Below are positions 13,801 to 28,800 of a stretch of 64,000 bases of DNA, piece after piece. The stretch is from Tubulanus polymorphus. Its lineage: Eukaryota > Animalia > Nemertea. Position 1 is the first letter of the stretch. The number at the start of each line of letters is the position of its first letter. The notes under the pieces were generated by a model. That model searched no databases and had not been told where the DNA came from. It saw only the letters and a program-made list of their open reading frames with translations. The position numbers and the translations under genes are program-made. The stretch is from contig NC_134027.1 in assembly GCF_964204645.1 (NCBI RefSeq), forward strand, positions 7,720,485 through 7,784,484, written 5' to 3'.

Positions 13801-16800
13801 CTACACCAATGATTAGTTTTGTTACCATTTTGTTTAAATCAGTTCCTGGAAATGTTGACCATCGATAGCAATGAATATGTCAGGGAAATTCTCGTTATGC
13901 TCGGGACGAATTAGGCAATCGCCAATGATTTGCCGGAAAGGCCATGAGGACTCACTGCGTAGTGACTCACTAGGCAATTTTTAGGCAATTTTTCTGGCTA
14001 TTAAGAATTGGTGTCAGTCCTGTGACTGAGAAATAGAGTCTAGTCAACAGCATTTCAACAAGATTCCACTTTCAAATGACGCAATTTCCACTTAGTATAT
14101 AGCAGAGAAGGCACGAAGATATCATATGAATAGACAATGATGGTTGGTCTCAAGATTTCATTTCCTTTGTTCCTTTGCCTGTAATTTCGTTATCCCACGT
14201 CTCGTGGCAGTGCTGGCATTTTGTTTGATCGCTGGATTAAAAAGATCCAATTCAATTGGCGAAAATTCAATTGGTTGATGGCAATAAGGCGATTTTATTG
14301 CTGTAGAGCGGACACGCAGACGATTAGAAGTGCATTTTCTGGAATGGTCGTGGAAATCATGATTTTGGTCGCAAGTTCAGTGATCAAGGTAAAAAACCCA
14401 TAGGCCTAGTTGCTGATTAAGACATTCATCGTCTGACAGATTCGGAGTTTATGTAAACTCGATCATCGGAGAAACATTAAAGTTTTAGATAGAATTTAGA
14501 TAGACTCCTAGAAACTTGTCAAACGATAAATGTTTTAATCATCAACTCTGAACACCGAGATTGATATCGGTCTAGAGGAGTCAAGCTCGGTGATCTCGAT
14601 CGCTCGTTAGAATCGCTAGATGCCTACACAGATACGCTTAGCGATTTTTTCCCCAGAATTTTTGCCATTCGCCGCGATCAGCTACAGAGCGCCTCACCGT
14701 ATCGTAGCTGAGATACCATATCTTGATAATGATCGCGTTTATATCCTGATTCAGGTATGGGGGTATCTAAATGGTCGATCTTGTTTGTTGTTTAACCTTC
14801 CGTAGCCAAAACGGATGCTTTTTGAACAATGAGCCGATTCAAAGCTTAGGCTATGATATTGATCTGGTCTCCTTTTCCTGGTAATAGAAAATTGTGTCAA
14901 ATACACTAATTGGTCGCGTTTTATAGCCGCGATCACATGGACACAATTTGGCCCGGGCCAAATTGGCACGGATCAGGCTCGGGCCAAATTTGTCCCGTGC
15001 CTAATTAGAGAGCGCCAAATTTGGCCTGGGCCAAAAATGCTCGTGTGATCAGGGCTTTATGTTTCATGAGCTAACCTGAAATGGATATGATTCGTTGGAA
15101 CTCAATCGAATGTATCAACAAACAGCGTCGTCGAAACAGATGAATGGATTTATGTCTCCAATCTACAGCTCCGATGAACCAGGTGTGTTTAAACCGGCTG
15201 GTCACGTTTCATACCGCCGGTAATATAGTAGAATAACTGTCGCGGCTGTCAAAGATTCTCCACTCTTCTGATTGATGCGTCCAATCATGGATGGGTTTCC
15301 TACATGAGGAAAGTTGGCTACAGCCCTTCGGAAAATTGTACCTACTATATTTTCACAATTTAAGGCATAAGGGATCATTCATTTATTACGTACACATTAG
15401 GGGAGGGGGGAGGGATAAGTGCAATTGCGTACTCTAATGCTTAATGTATATGAAAAAATGGCCCATTTTGCATACAGGGGGTGCGGGGGGGGAGGGGTTG
15501 AAAAAGTCAAATTTCATGCGTACATAATAAATGACTGATCCCTAAGCAATAATGAGCAAGATTTTGACGGGCGCTCAAACTATAGAGGAGAACTTGTCAT
15601 TGTGAATAAGTGTAGCAGTTTTCGATGGTTCTTGAAGACTCGTTCTCAGCTCATGTCTTTAAGAGACTCTTCGTAGTCTACTTGTGTAACGTTAAGGTGG
15701 AACTCTTCCAGGTCTCGGAATATAGATTAATCAACCGTTTATGTAGACGGTGATGCTGTAGTGATACTTCGACGAAATGTTGTAATAGTGACGAATATAC
15801 GTTTTTCGGAGTTCGAATTCTTCAAACATTTCAATTAAATCTGAATGAACTTATCTCTTAAATGAATCAATTATTTATGGGAACTATAACAAGGATATCC
15901 AAGTAGAAGAATGAAAGTATTGTATATTTGGTGGGTGCTGTGATGATATATGGATTCGGGAGTCTAAAAATCCAGTTCAAAGTTCATCGAACACGAACTT
16001 ATTTTGACATTGGATGGAATGGTTTATTTCGCTCTAACCAAACGTGACCCACTGCTAGTCACGCCATCTAGTGGGAAAGCAGGTTCAGCTATAGGCCTGG
16101 ATTTTTCTCTAATTACTTATTTAGCCAGCGGGAAAACATTTCATTGATTTGAAAAATCTTAATCAACCGTAGACACGGAGCAGCTGTGACGGCAATTATG
16201 CCTATAGCGTGTTCATGATGGTGAAAAATCTGTCTCGCTCCGTTGATACATGTATTTTTTTCCTATCATCATCGATAGATATTTCAAGAAAAATCGAGCG
16301 TGAATATATAGCCTGAGGGGTGAGAATAGAACAGAACCGAACGCTGACTGGAGGAATGGAGAAAGGTAATTTCTCAGCTCTTCGCCGCACTGTTTTATAT
16401 TTTGATCAATCTCGGTGTATGATTACTCTGACAGATTGAATATCGCGCTCTAAAATGAGAAAGTCGGTCTACACCACGCATCTAGAAAATTGAAATATAA
16501 ATAAGGCAACTTATTCAGTATTCAAGATAAAATGTGAAAAATTAGTTGATGATATTTATCATGCTGTATTTTGTATTTGCCTCGAGCACAGGTTTATAGA
16601 ATTTGAAATGATGAATGGACTGAGACTTTCAGAGTCGATAATAAGATAAAATCCCACTATTTACAGATTAAAAGAATTTAAAAACCAGAATTTATTTATT
16701 AAATCTAAAATATTTAAAAGACACGACGTTTCGATCTCACCCTAGAGATCATCGTCGATGTTTGTTTGATAATTTAGTGGTTGTCTCGTCGTCACGAAGT

Positions 16801-19800
16801 CGTCGACGCCGGCGATGGCACCGCAAATTGAAGACAGTTCACGGCGACTTTCAGGCTTAATATCTCTTCGGACTCATGCATAGAATCGTCAATGATTCGG
16901 TCGGCCGTTCATCGACGTATTGCTCAGATTTATAGCTCAGATAGAACTTAGATGAAACTGCGAGGTCCATACGCTCAATGCCTGGCTAACGCACGTTACA
17001 TACCTCTTCCTTTCGCTCTACGATTCATAAACGTAGATCTTCGTCATCGCGCTTATTATCGCCGGCATTTTTTCACGAATTATCGTTTTTGCGACATATA
17101 GGAAATATTAGCATTCTTATGTACGAAATGGAACGGCCATCTACAGGTAGGAACTGATTCGAAATATCATTTAGAAACTGAAGCTTTTCAGGTTATAGTC
17201 GAAACGTTGAATTTATAAATCATCAGTGGTGAGTAACTTCTCGGGCCTATATCTTTCGTCATATAATTGTGGGATTCTCTTTTTACTGAAGCTTTCCAAT
17301 TTTTGCAAGCAATTTTCATTTTAAATCGTATCATAGAAAAAGCAACAAGTTTTGCCCAAATGAAATTCACTTTCCTTTTTAGGTTAAACTGCTAAGATTC
17401 TTTTGGTTCATGTTCATGGCTAAATTTCTTATATGATGGACAAAATTTCGGCAAATTTCTTTCTCGCACAAGAGTCAGAAATCAGCGAGCGGAATTTATC
17501 ATTGTTATCCTGTTGTGGACTGTGTCCGAAATTCAGTTCAAGGCTAGTCATTTGGATTTAAGTTTTATACAATTAATTTCGGCCAATTAGTCGAAGCTTC
17601 AGCGAAATTCGTGACAAAGTCAAATTTGTCGTAATGAATTATTCACTTTACCAGGTTTTCAATCAATAGTTTCATTAACTTTCTAGACCAGTAACTTTCA
17701 AGCTACGTCCTTCTTCGGCGATTAGTTTATGTTATGACAAATTTCATCGAAAATGAAAGCGCGCGTTCAATACTACGAATTCCGTCGTTGAATCGGTATC
17801 GAACCTTCTTTATTACCCATTAGAGAAAGTCTAAAAGCTTAGATTCACTCTTTCTATATGAGTCAATTCAATACGCGGCGAGATTCAGTATCATTGCAAG
17901 CGCTATTCATATGATAAACACTTCAATATCAGTTTAACTAGGAATTTGTAGGGATTTTAACATCGCTGTCACCGTGAAAGTGACACTAAATTGGTCCCTG
18001 TTGTGACGTAATTTGCGGAGTAGGTTTCTGGTCAGTACCGTCGTTCGGCGTTCAATACGAGATTCCCTTTCGATAATTTCACCCCGGGGATCATTAGCTA
18101 TTAGATTGACCGACTGAGGTCCGTAATACTGCAATACGGCGGCTTAATGTCGATATATATCTTGTACCGTATTCCACCAGACCCTGAAATGCTGAAATGG
18201 GAATGAAGTATCCACGGTCATTCATAAACTTTATCCAAATGTTATTCCGATATCTGATGTGGTATAGATAGCTTTCTAGTTTGGGGTTGGCTATTTTGGA
18301 ATTTATTTATCAGGCCAAAAACCCTGTACAACTTCTATTTACTGCTTGAAATATCTTAGACCTATGACTCGCTCGAACCTACGAGCAATTGTTGCTCGTA
18401 GCTCTAACATACTATTGTATTTTTTTTCATATCTTGACCTGGAATTGTCTGTCTTATCTATTTGATCGACTGATTTTGATTTGATTTGGTGTATCCCCGA
18501 AAAACCCACACCACTACATCTATCAGGAACGAAATGGGGGGTTTGATTTTGAAATTGAAGTACAGATATAGTTGGAAGGTCGAGCGAATTTACAGAACTG
18601 CTCTATTCAAATCAAAATACATAATTCAAATGGGAAATTTCCAGTTTGTAGGAACAATCTTTCAACCAGCCTGAACCGGCAAACGACTGATTTTAGCATC
18701 TTTGGGTGCCTGATTTAATGGCAGGGAGGTTCAGACGCAATCAGATACTATTGTATGATATAACTGCTGCTGGTTGGTGGTAATTTTTCCGTCTGTTAGT
18801 GTGGATGTGTGCGATCTGCTAACAAATTACTTATGATTGCTTATAGCCGGTATTAACTATGATTGGTAAGGGGGATGCTGTAGTTAGTTTGTCATCATCA
18901 AAGATGACGTCTTTTCATTCATGCAAACGTGCTTCACAGTCTGCCATACTAATACCTTCTTTGATGAGTTTAGAAATAGAACCGTTACCAGGTTGATAGA
19001 ATGTGATCGTGAGCAGAGCATAAAGATGGACTATCCTGGAAAAATTGATTCATAGTTAACATTGGTTTTCCTAGGTAAGTTGGTGGTCTTTGAACAGCTA
19101 TCAAGTCATCCTGGTGTTTAGGGCGTGGTGCTGGTTTTAAGGGTCAAAAACCCTAAAATCATTCAGCCTAAAATCATGCATACTTTAACCATGATTCCCT
19201 TGAATGAAGCCTTCCATTGGGAATCATTGTAATTAAGGGTTCCACTTGGCAATTGTCCGCCAGGTTCACTAATTCTGTAACTTGGTCTTCTGCATTCAAG
19301 TTCTTCTGAATTTCATTGAAATCGAATCAAGGGGCCAAATACCCTGTTGGGGCAGTTGGCGTGGCTTAATTTTCCCCTTCAGATTGGGATTGGTAGGCCC
19401 AGGATTTATCATCAAACTTGAACATTTTGTGCATTGTATCATCTTAAAAATTCAAGCTTCGAGTTTGTTGGTCGGTTTTGTATGAACTCGTGTGCATCTC
19501 CACAACCACCGGTTGCAGTGGGTCGGTTTCCTACTCGTCGGCTGAATTAAGCATCGCTCTGTTTATGATCGCGCAAATTGAGTTGTGATATACACATTCG
19601 ATGTGATCGATGATTGATGCGGCAATTCGTTAAGATCTTCAGTCGTACGGTCGTCTAAAATTGAACTGAAAATGACATCCATATAATCAGAATAAGCAGT
19701 GATTACGAGCTGTTGTACCCGAGCCGTATCACTGTTAAGATGATGCCGACGCGAGAGCGTATATCATTCACTATCCGTCTCATTCGCTAGTTCGCGTATC

Positions 19801-22800
19801 GGCGTATCGGCATAATGATACGCTTGAGAAAGCTTCGTTTTCACTCGAAATTATCGTTTAAGTAATACGATTGTCCGAATTTACGCAAACTAATCTACAC
19901 GTCGATTGATTCGGGTATTTCAGCCGCAGTGGACTGTAGTTAGTCAGTAACACCGTTGTGACGCGCGCCGTACTGATGACTACGACCGAATGAATCTCGC
20001 TAAACTTCCATCGCGCCCTCCGTCGTCGTAGTACCGGCCGGCGTACTGCTCCGGAACCGTCGTCTGAAAACGGGAGAGTTTTGAAAGGAGATACATATAT
20101 ATATAATATATATCTATATACGTACCAATATTATAGATCACGGATATATCTGTCCAATCAGTTTTTATATCGTTCAGTCGGAAGAGAGATGTTTCCATAA
20201 CAACTTTGTTCCAAGATCAACAACAGAGGAATTATTGATAATATTGTTTGTGTGTAGCCGAATATGGCAATGAATAGGACAAATTCCCTAAGTCGGAGAG
20301 GGGCGATCGGTGCTGGATCAGGTAGGCAGCCTTCATTGTTTAAAACTTCATTTGTTCTTTCGTCATCGTGTTGTGCGATTGATTTTTCGTTTTTTCTCAA
20401 AACCTGGCTTTCAGAACATGTTATTTGAGTCGAATGCGAAGAAGATTCTATATACATCTTTACCGAGAGAACGTGATGTCATTAGATATTAAATAAATGA
20501 GTTATAGAGCACCTGTCGGCTGTTTTATTAGGTAGAAAAATGATTAATGAATGGATTACTATCAGAGAGGTCGGTGGGGGGGATTTTGTAGTCGAACTGC
20601 TGGTAGCTTTATTCGTACGGATTAGATTTCTTAAGCGTAGTAACGCTCATATTGTTCTTGTCTCGCCTGAAGGAGTGTAGTTCTTCTGCCAGTCAGTAAC
20701 AATTCTAGTGGCTATTCGTAAGAATTGCCTGATTTTCACTGCGAGTGATTTTCTGCCCTTATTTTTAGATCAGCGCGCGTCTTTCTAGGGCGATGTGTCG
20801 GTCTGTTTTCGCTCTATCTCGTGACTAGTCGTCTTCGAAAAATGATTTCATATAGTTGGTGAATGCATTTGATACGACGTATTTGCCCGTGCCCCTCGGG
20901 TGTCGTTGATTATGTCAAACAGCGTTTAATTCTCGATGGATTATGTTTAAATCATTCGTTCCGTGGCTGATGTTATATTAGATAAACGTTGGAAATACAG
21001 AAAATATCATAAGTCTACATGAAATATATTCCGTGTATAAATGAGGCTTTGTACCACGTAGTTGTAAGCGGCATGAATAGCGGTGGTGTCCGTTTTGAAA
21101 CGGGCACCAGTTTTTTGCGAGAGCTGGCTATGAATTTATAATTGATGTTGCCCGGGGTTAGATGTTAAAACTTGAGGTGGCCGTAATCGACCTAGTAGTC
21201 ATAATATTAGGTCCAGATCAATAATGAGTTTTTAATAGTCGTCTTTTCATTTTGAAATCAATGGCAATTCAAAGCTATTTAAAAGGTTTGATACTTTTGA
21301 CTATGTGCTAGAAACATAATAGAGTATGCAGCACCCCCTGTCTGCTTTCATGCTCATTTAGCCTATGGTTTTTTGTATGACTGGCAGTTAGTTATGCAAG
21401 AAACTCACTTTCACCAGGCAGTTTTTGTGGTTTTCATTCATCGCCACGCTATACAACATTCACCCTGGGGGATACTGTCAGATCATACTGTCCTCGTAAT
21501 CCACCAAGTTACCGTTGCTGCCGTCGTCATCGTCGGGTTGTGCGCAATTTTCGGATAATCGAGGACGGTGGTTAATTGACTGCTAAATGAGAACGGCCAT
21601 AGTAGAAAATAAGGTGCGGACGAAGAACAGCATGTCGTCAATCTTCCAGGGTTATAGTAATTAGTCGGCTATTATTCATGACTATAGTCCAACTATAGCG
21701 AACTTTAGTTCGCTGTAGTTTGCACCTAATTTCAAGATGTCCGTGGTCTGCGTTTTTAGCTGATTTGATATAGGTTACACCAAATACAGTCTTGGCATTG
21801 AGTTTTATTTCATTGACTTATTTAAAGGCTTAGATAGAAATACATTCTCTAAGTGAAGAAAGCCTGCGGTCTTTTCTATTCGTGTTCACCTGTTGCTTTT
21901 TTGAAAAAAAATCGAATTCAACATGGCCTACTGCCAAATTTATAAATAAAACAAGTTTGTAGCTAAATATAACCTGTCCGGTTTATTTTAGAGAATTAAT
22001 TTCGTTGATCAGGATTATGCAATGTCTTTTTTTCTCGGCTTAATATTACATTAATGTTGCTATGAGTACAGTATTATCAGGTAGGTCATTTAGTCACTAA
22101 TTTGTCTTGACCTTGCATAGGCCTGGACATTATCAAGATACTTCCCTTGCACGAAGACGAGATAGCAATGTTTAGGGTTCATAGCATGAAGAATGCCTTG
22201 GAGTGAATTTTACCAAGAGAGTATAGAGTCTAACATGTGTCTCGGCTGGTGTGCCACGAAATGCTTCAGATCACACCTGAAATGATGATATAATGACACA
22301 GAAATTGTCGATCCTCATCGAAGAACAAGAAATCATTTTTCAGGGTGCGAAAGTGTTCGAAATATGTGTTTAGTCTGTCACAGACAGCTATCATTAATCA
22401 ATTTTTAATGTCTTGAGGAGCTTGTAAACAACTTGCGCATTAATACAATATCCCCTCTCTGAAGACTGGTAACTTCTCCTTGGGCTGGCCTGATTAGGAA
22501 TTGATTTGTTGCCTAGTGTATTCTCAAAGGGTCTCTGGTATTCTCAATATTTCCTCGCTGTGACTGAATAGTGATAATATGATCTGTATGAATGTCAATC
22601 CGAAAGAATCAATATTTAATTCTCAGACTGATCAATCTAAATTATATTAAACCCGCACGAAGCAGACTCATCTTCGTGTTATCTATTTTGACAAATTGCT
22701 TAACCGCTAACAACACCAAATGGCAACTTGTGTTTGAAACAAAACATCTCTAATTTGTCCGTGAACATTTCTATCTTTGCTCAAAAAGGGTCGTTGACAT

Positions 22801-25800
22801 ATTCCTAATTATGAAAAAAACGAAGGCTAAAGAATTATATCTTGTTTCTCATAATCGGCGGGTCACTTTTGTAAACTGCAATTTGTAATCAGTTCATTTC
22901 TCTAACGGCTGGGTATGTTATGGTTAGCCTGATCATGATTTTTGAAAAAAAGTTATGTACATGGTAAATAGGCGGCTGGCCAGGTCAGAAAAAAGAAACG
23001 ATTTATTTTAGCCAAAATGGTTGCAAACACTGAAGCCAGAGCTGCTGCACATTTTAGCCCACCTGGTGGATCCTGTTTTGCCAGAGATGGAATCTGCCAG
23101 ATAACATCATTAGGCCTCCCTTTTTTATCAATGATCAACAATCGGTCGCTGATGCTGGAGGCTCGTTGTCACTTGATAGTTCTAGTCGTTCAAAACGTTC
23201 ACGGGTTGTTTACGGCGTGGAAGGGAAAAAACGATCCATGTTGCAATCAGTCAAGATATCTGAAACGTATCGATATCAAACACTTTTCATCCGTTCATTA
23301 AATCTCTCTCCTCTCTGTTAAACTAGTATCAAGACCCACAGAATGTAGGAGATTTGGAACGAATTTTATTTATCGAGAATTGAAATCGAAATACTCTCAC
23401 TAGAGATAGCCCCTTGAATTCTGTATGTAGTGGGTTTTAAACTTATTCTCCGCATCGAGAGTGTGGACTAATCTGCCATTGTATCATTGACATTTCGTTC
23501 ACCTTTATGACGTGAAGTACTCCCACTCCTGATATGAAGAACGATTTGAGTTTTTGAAAACAATTGCCGCTGTTTGCGCGCAGTATTTTGTATATGATAT
23601 TCGCTACACATTAACCGCGGTATATATAGAGAAAGAAATATGGATCAATGATCATACACAACATTTATAATTCCGCTCAGACAACGGCGCGCTGTTGTTA
23701 TTATTTTTCACTGTTTCGTGAAGACGAAACTTTTCACCCGGTGCGACAGCTTGGCGTATACAGTACTATAGGTGGCTATAGTCCCGTGCGCGTATTGTGG
23801 TATTTATTAGTTGTTAACGCTGGTCTAATCAGAGTTGTTCGGTGTTAATTGCTACATTTGCTACTCGCTACCTCTGACTTAATACCTATAGCATATATCT
23901 GAGGAATCATGATACGTGTTTCAGTGCTGTGAATTATATACGGATTCTGTTCTTTTCGATTTGAATTGATCGAATCCGATCGTATTGTGATAGATACCGG
24001 GTAATTCGCGTTCATCGGATTACTGCCAATTTCAGCATGAATTTAAACTGTTGAAATTGATACTGATTTGACTTTTGGATCTGTCTCTGGAGTTATTTAT
24101 CTGTGCAGTCTAGATATGAGTTTTGGGAGTACACGCCCATTTCGTCGGGTTTCCCATGTGAGGTAACCGAACGCTTTATCGCATTTTATCGTATCGCATA
24201 TCTTTTTTTTTTACGTTGAAAGATGGGGGGATTGTGTTCTCGTTGCGGTGGGTACGACCTGTATCGCGTAGATGACACCCGCAGCAGCGGTGAACGTTAC
24301 GGACACGCTTCGACTGGAAATAATGGCGTAATAAAGAAATCGAATCGCAAAGACGACTACGATTATGACGATGACAAAGGCGTTATACAAGACCGTGACA
24401 AAGATTCGATATCGGTATTGTCGTGGGAAGAACGCGAACGTCAAAAACAAAAAAAGTCCGGCAATACGGATATTGAAATCGAGGATATAGGTATGTATAC
24501 GGACTGAGATATTCTTTGTCCCGTCATATTCACGTCGTCGATATCAATTCACACAGCTGAGACATTGTCGGAATTGTGACTTCTCAGTATCGATCTAAAG
24601 TTGTTTATTTACCAAAGTAAGCCTTAGGTTCCTTGCTTACAGTGATATTTTTAGTACGATCTTTGAAACATCAAGTGGCACGTATCCTACCTTGAGGGGA
24701 CAACAGAGATCATGTAAAAGAGATCCTCTAGTTTTACCTATTACTGGCCAACTTCATCATGTTGAAGATTTTTGCCAGGTACAGACTTTTGTTGTTAAAT
24801 CAGTGAGTCGATGAGTACTGATATGTGTCCTACCTGTATAACATGGTTTCACGAAGATTCGAACCCACAACCTCTCGGTTGTGAGTCAAACGCCTTATGA
24901 TAAGGTGTTTGACTCAAAGGCCTTGTCCTGTCCTGTGGCATGGTGGATAAGTTATCCAAATGGTGGATAAGTTATCCACCACACCACAGGACAGGACAAG
25001 GCCTTTTGGGCCTTCCTCGACACTTTTTATAACGAGGCAATCTATAGAGATGACATTATGTGGGCATAAATTTCAATGACTGACATGAATATTTCAGCGA
25101 GTGTAAAAACCTTAAGTCCCTTATAAACGTATACAATATGGCCCAGTAGGGCTATATTACTTCTGGATCAACTGTCACTGAAGGATAATTATGTTAGTGT
25201 TTGGAGTCTCCAAGGCTAATGTTAAGCCATTTGTCTCTTAATGATGATGAATATTGTAGCCCGAAACAGTAAGATAAGTTACACTAACTCGTATTAATCC
25301 CGCCCCGTGAGTGTTACCATCAAAACCAATCCATGTTATTCCGCGGTTTTCTGCTCAGCGACTCTTGAGGGAATCATGACCCTAAGTTTATACCCGCAGG
25401 TAACGTTCATATACTGCGTTTAGTAAATGCTATCGATGTCCTCTGTGGCTGTTTATGTCAAATAAAAAATTCTTCGTTTGTGATGAGACGCATGTATCGC
25501 ATATATCGGCTGTTTGGCTCTTTCAGGTTGTACTTATTCACCACACGTATATCTAAGCCATTCTAGATCAATCGACCATAAAAAGTCTACCACATGGTCG
25601 TTTACGGAATCTTATATTCTTTCGATTTTCGGCTGGTTGAACTTATTTTCCGAAGGGATGTGAATATTTAGCTCCTGATTCAGCTATTTCGGCAAATTTT
25701 CGACGAAATTTACCCAAACACAAAATAATACAGTTTCAGCCGATGTTCAGGTAATTTTTGAATGAACTTTTTCAAAGCTCAATTTTTATAGGCCTAGGCC

Positions 25801-28800
25801 TATCAAATGTATGGGTTAGTTATATGTCATGAAGGTCAGCCGCATGAAATGATTTTCACTTTCACTAGCATCTTACAGTCATGAACTTACTGCTGAAAAG
25901 ATTAGTCAGTGAACCTTGCATTGCAGCATGGGATTGATCGGAAGTTTGAAAATCGTCGTGGGAATTTCCTGATTTAGATTGCCTGTCAGACATTCACTGA
26001 CAACTCGTCAGTGGTTCGAATTAAATTTGTATGAGAGTTACGTTTTAACCTTTTGTGGCAGCAAAGTTCAATGTATAAATCTCAAGACAATGTTGTTAGC
26101 GTAAAAGAATCGAATAATTTGCAGACCATCTTGACCTATGGCTTCTGCATTTGCAAAGTGATCTAATGTAAAAAATGAGTTTTGTCTGTTTTTATCCACC
26201 ACCAGCGAAAAAAAACCCCATGGAAATCTCAGGGTTTTTTTTCAACCCAGAGTCAAATCTTAATTCACAAATGTGTAACTGGGTCTAGAACTTCAAGCCT
26301 TCAGATTTTTAGCATTTTATTTTGTGTGAATATCATGCAGTATTTGACCTCCCATGCATGTCGAGACATGAACTTGGATAACCTGCACCTGTGGAGACTG
26401 GGTCCGTTGACTACTGGGTATGTTCTTTTGTCCATGGAGGCCTCAGGTAACAACAGAATCTGTAGTTAAAGGAGAAAAACGTATTCCATAAGCAGGAGTC
26501 GATCCTCTCTGATCTACTGTTTATTAATCAACGGGTAGAAATTAATTCATTTTGGGTAGAAATTCATTCATTTTGAATTATGATCAACATTTATGCTTCC
26601 AAAACTTTGACATGATGGAATTTTATTTTCCGCGAAATGAGTACTCTATGTCAAGAAAAATTGAAACAGCAAAATAGCGTGATCTCTGTTCGAATGCTAT
26701 AGCTCTCCGTAAACTGAAATCGAATGAAATAATTGATCGGGATAGATGCTCGTTGTGGGTTGCGCGTATGATTTAACTAGTCATTACGCTAATTTTGTCG
26801 TCGTAGTCGTTGTATCGCCTGCTATTCATCTAATTATGTGATCTTGCGTATTGTGGCTTCGGGATCTGATAATTTCCTGCCGCGATTTCGCAATGTCATC
26901 GAGTATTACCTTATTTCCGACTGCAAAATCTATTTCCACAACTCTCTCTCTCCAACACTCTCTCTTGATTCAACTAATGCAGTTGATAATCATTCAATTA
27001 GAATTTCACCCATGAAGTTGAATCAAATAAATGAATGAACTTATGAATGATGACGATATCTTGCGAGCCTCGAGGTTCATGAGACTGCTGCCACTGCTGT
27101 TGCTGCTGTTGCTGCTGCTGAGGAAGACATCGCTCATTCATTACGCGTGAGCTTTTTTTTGCGTCTGTCTCCTGCAGAGTATTAATCTTGTGATCAGCGT
27201 TTAATCAAGTTAGGCTTGTAAGTTTCTGGATCCCTGAAGAAATGAAAAAACCAACTTCAATTTAATCATTCAACTTCACTTTGTCTCGTGCCCCTTTCAT
27301 CATTCCTTCCCTTTTTTTCATTGCTCATCTTTTCTTGTACTCCACGGAAGGTCCAACTGCAGGGTGGCCACTGACCTAGAAAACCAGGAAAACCCCGAAA
27401 GCCCAGGGAATCAGAAAATCTAGAAAAAAAATGGGGAACTCTGGGAAGTTTTACAAATAAACCTGGAAATCTTAGGGTAATTGGATATGTAACAGAAATG
27501 GGTTCCTATATGAATACGTGATTCATGAAAAATGAATGAATTCAACATCATTAGATTCACTGAGGGAATTTATAATGGGCGCAAAGTGGGGTCAGCCTGG
27601 ACCCATTTCTACCCCTGTCAACTCTAAACCCTAAACCTATTCTCAAGACAGTACACATGCTGTCTCTGTAAGGCCCTATTGAACGTTCGTTCTTCAGCTC
27701 GTCTCTCTTCAGTGTCACAACCACCCCTACTAAAAACAATAAACAGTTTCGCTCTGATAATAGACATGAACATCACTCAATAATGAGCTGATGCGATTTG
27801 TTGTCTATTATCTATTGTCATGGTAACCGATCTGTCTGTATTAAACAGTTGATGTTTGCGTTATCAGTAGCTGACGCCACCTATCAGCTATCAATTGAAC
27901 CGACATTTAAACAGCGGTGATGACAGAAATCCTCTATGTATCGATTTGATCTTATAGATGGATAATAGATGTTTATTCAAACACTGTAGGAACACTTCTT
28001 TCTATATGTGAGATAGTGCGGGCCAATGATCTGTGAAGTCAAAATTAAACATCTTTTCACCTTTTGTCTCGCAATCTTTAACTAGATTTGAGACTGACAT
28101 TTTTCTAAGGTCAATATAGTTGGGACCTAAATGTCTCGTTGTGTTGGTATTAAGGTCATCTAATCAATTCTAAAGAAAACTTACCTTCGGAAGTTTTATT
28201 TGGGTCAAAATAAGAGTTTATTAGTTGACGGGAAAAAATTCACTGCTAGACATACGCCAAGCATTCTGTGTATCGGAGTTCTTATTCTTTAAAACATCAA
28301 AGCATGTCTGGTTCTTCTAGTGATTCTGATTTTGGTATGTACTGATTATCATGAGTTATAAGGGCTGGAGGATGGAATATATATTGTAGTTTTTTTCTCT
28401 TACAATCAGTGTACAAGTTAAAACATGTCTTCTATTGATTTGTTTCTGGCTATGGCTCCATCCATCCTGAAATGAATCAAGAGATTTAACATTGAATAGT
28501 TTGTTTATTCGCTTCATTGATTTAGGAAACGTATTTAGTTAAAGAATTAGCCGACTTGAGATTTGTCGAAGAACTTATAGTGATCTATAATTTGAAGATC
28601 CAACCTTTTTACCCATGTTTATTGGATGATCAGAAGTCTCCAATAAACCTCCCAGTTGTAAATAATTGAATTGTAAAATTCTGTTAGCTCTTATCAAGTG
28701 GAAAACAATCATTAGCAAATATTTCCTCTGATTAAACTCTGTCTGCTGCTGCCATCTTGTGGAGTTGATTGAAACCAACTGTCATGCTAGTGTTGGTATC

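Noticed and set aside
14620-14754. ORF ending at CAG|GTATGG in RII intron 1
   Set aside because: Phase 0; the phase-1 frame has a stop, so it cannot join the downstream exon.
16815-16854. [13 protein letters not shown] followed by G in phase 1, resembling another inhibitor-site first exon
   Set aside because: The donor would be CAG|GCTTAA, a very poor GC donor; no other support.
24851-24897. tRNA gene
   Set aside because: Only the anticodon-arm and T-arm half is contiguous; no complete cloverleaf.
26434-26446. ATG GAG GCC TCA G|GTAACA, a phase-1 mini first exon
   Set aside because: Too short and featureless to distinguish from chance.
27043-27149. Signal-peptide-like [19 protein letters not shown] in RII intron 1
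   Set aside because: Produced by a (CTG/TTG)n microsatellite; the nearby donor is phase 2, incompatible with exon 31248.
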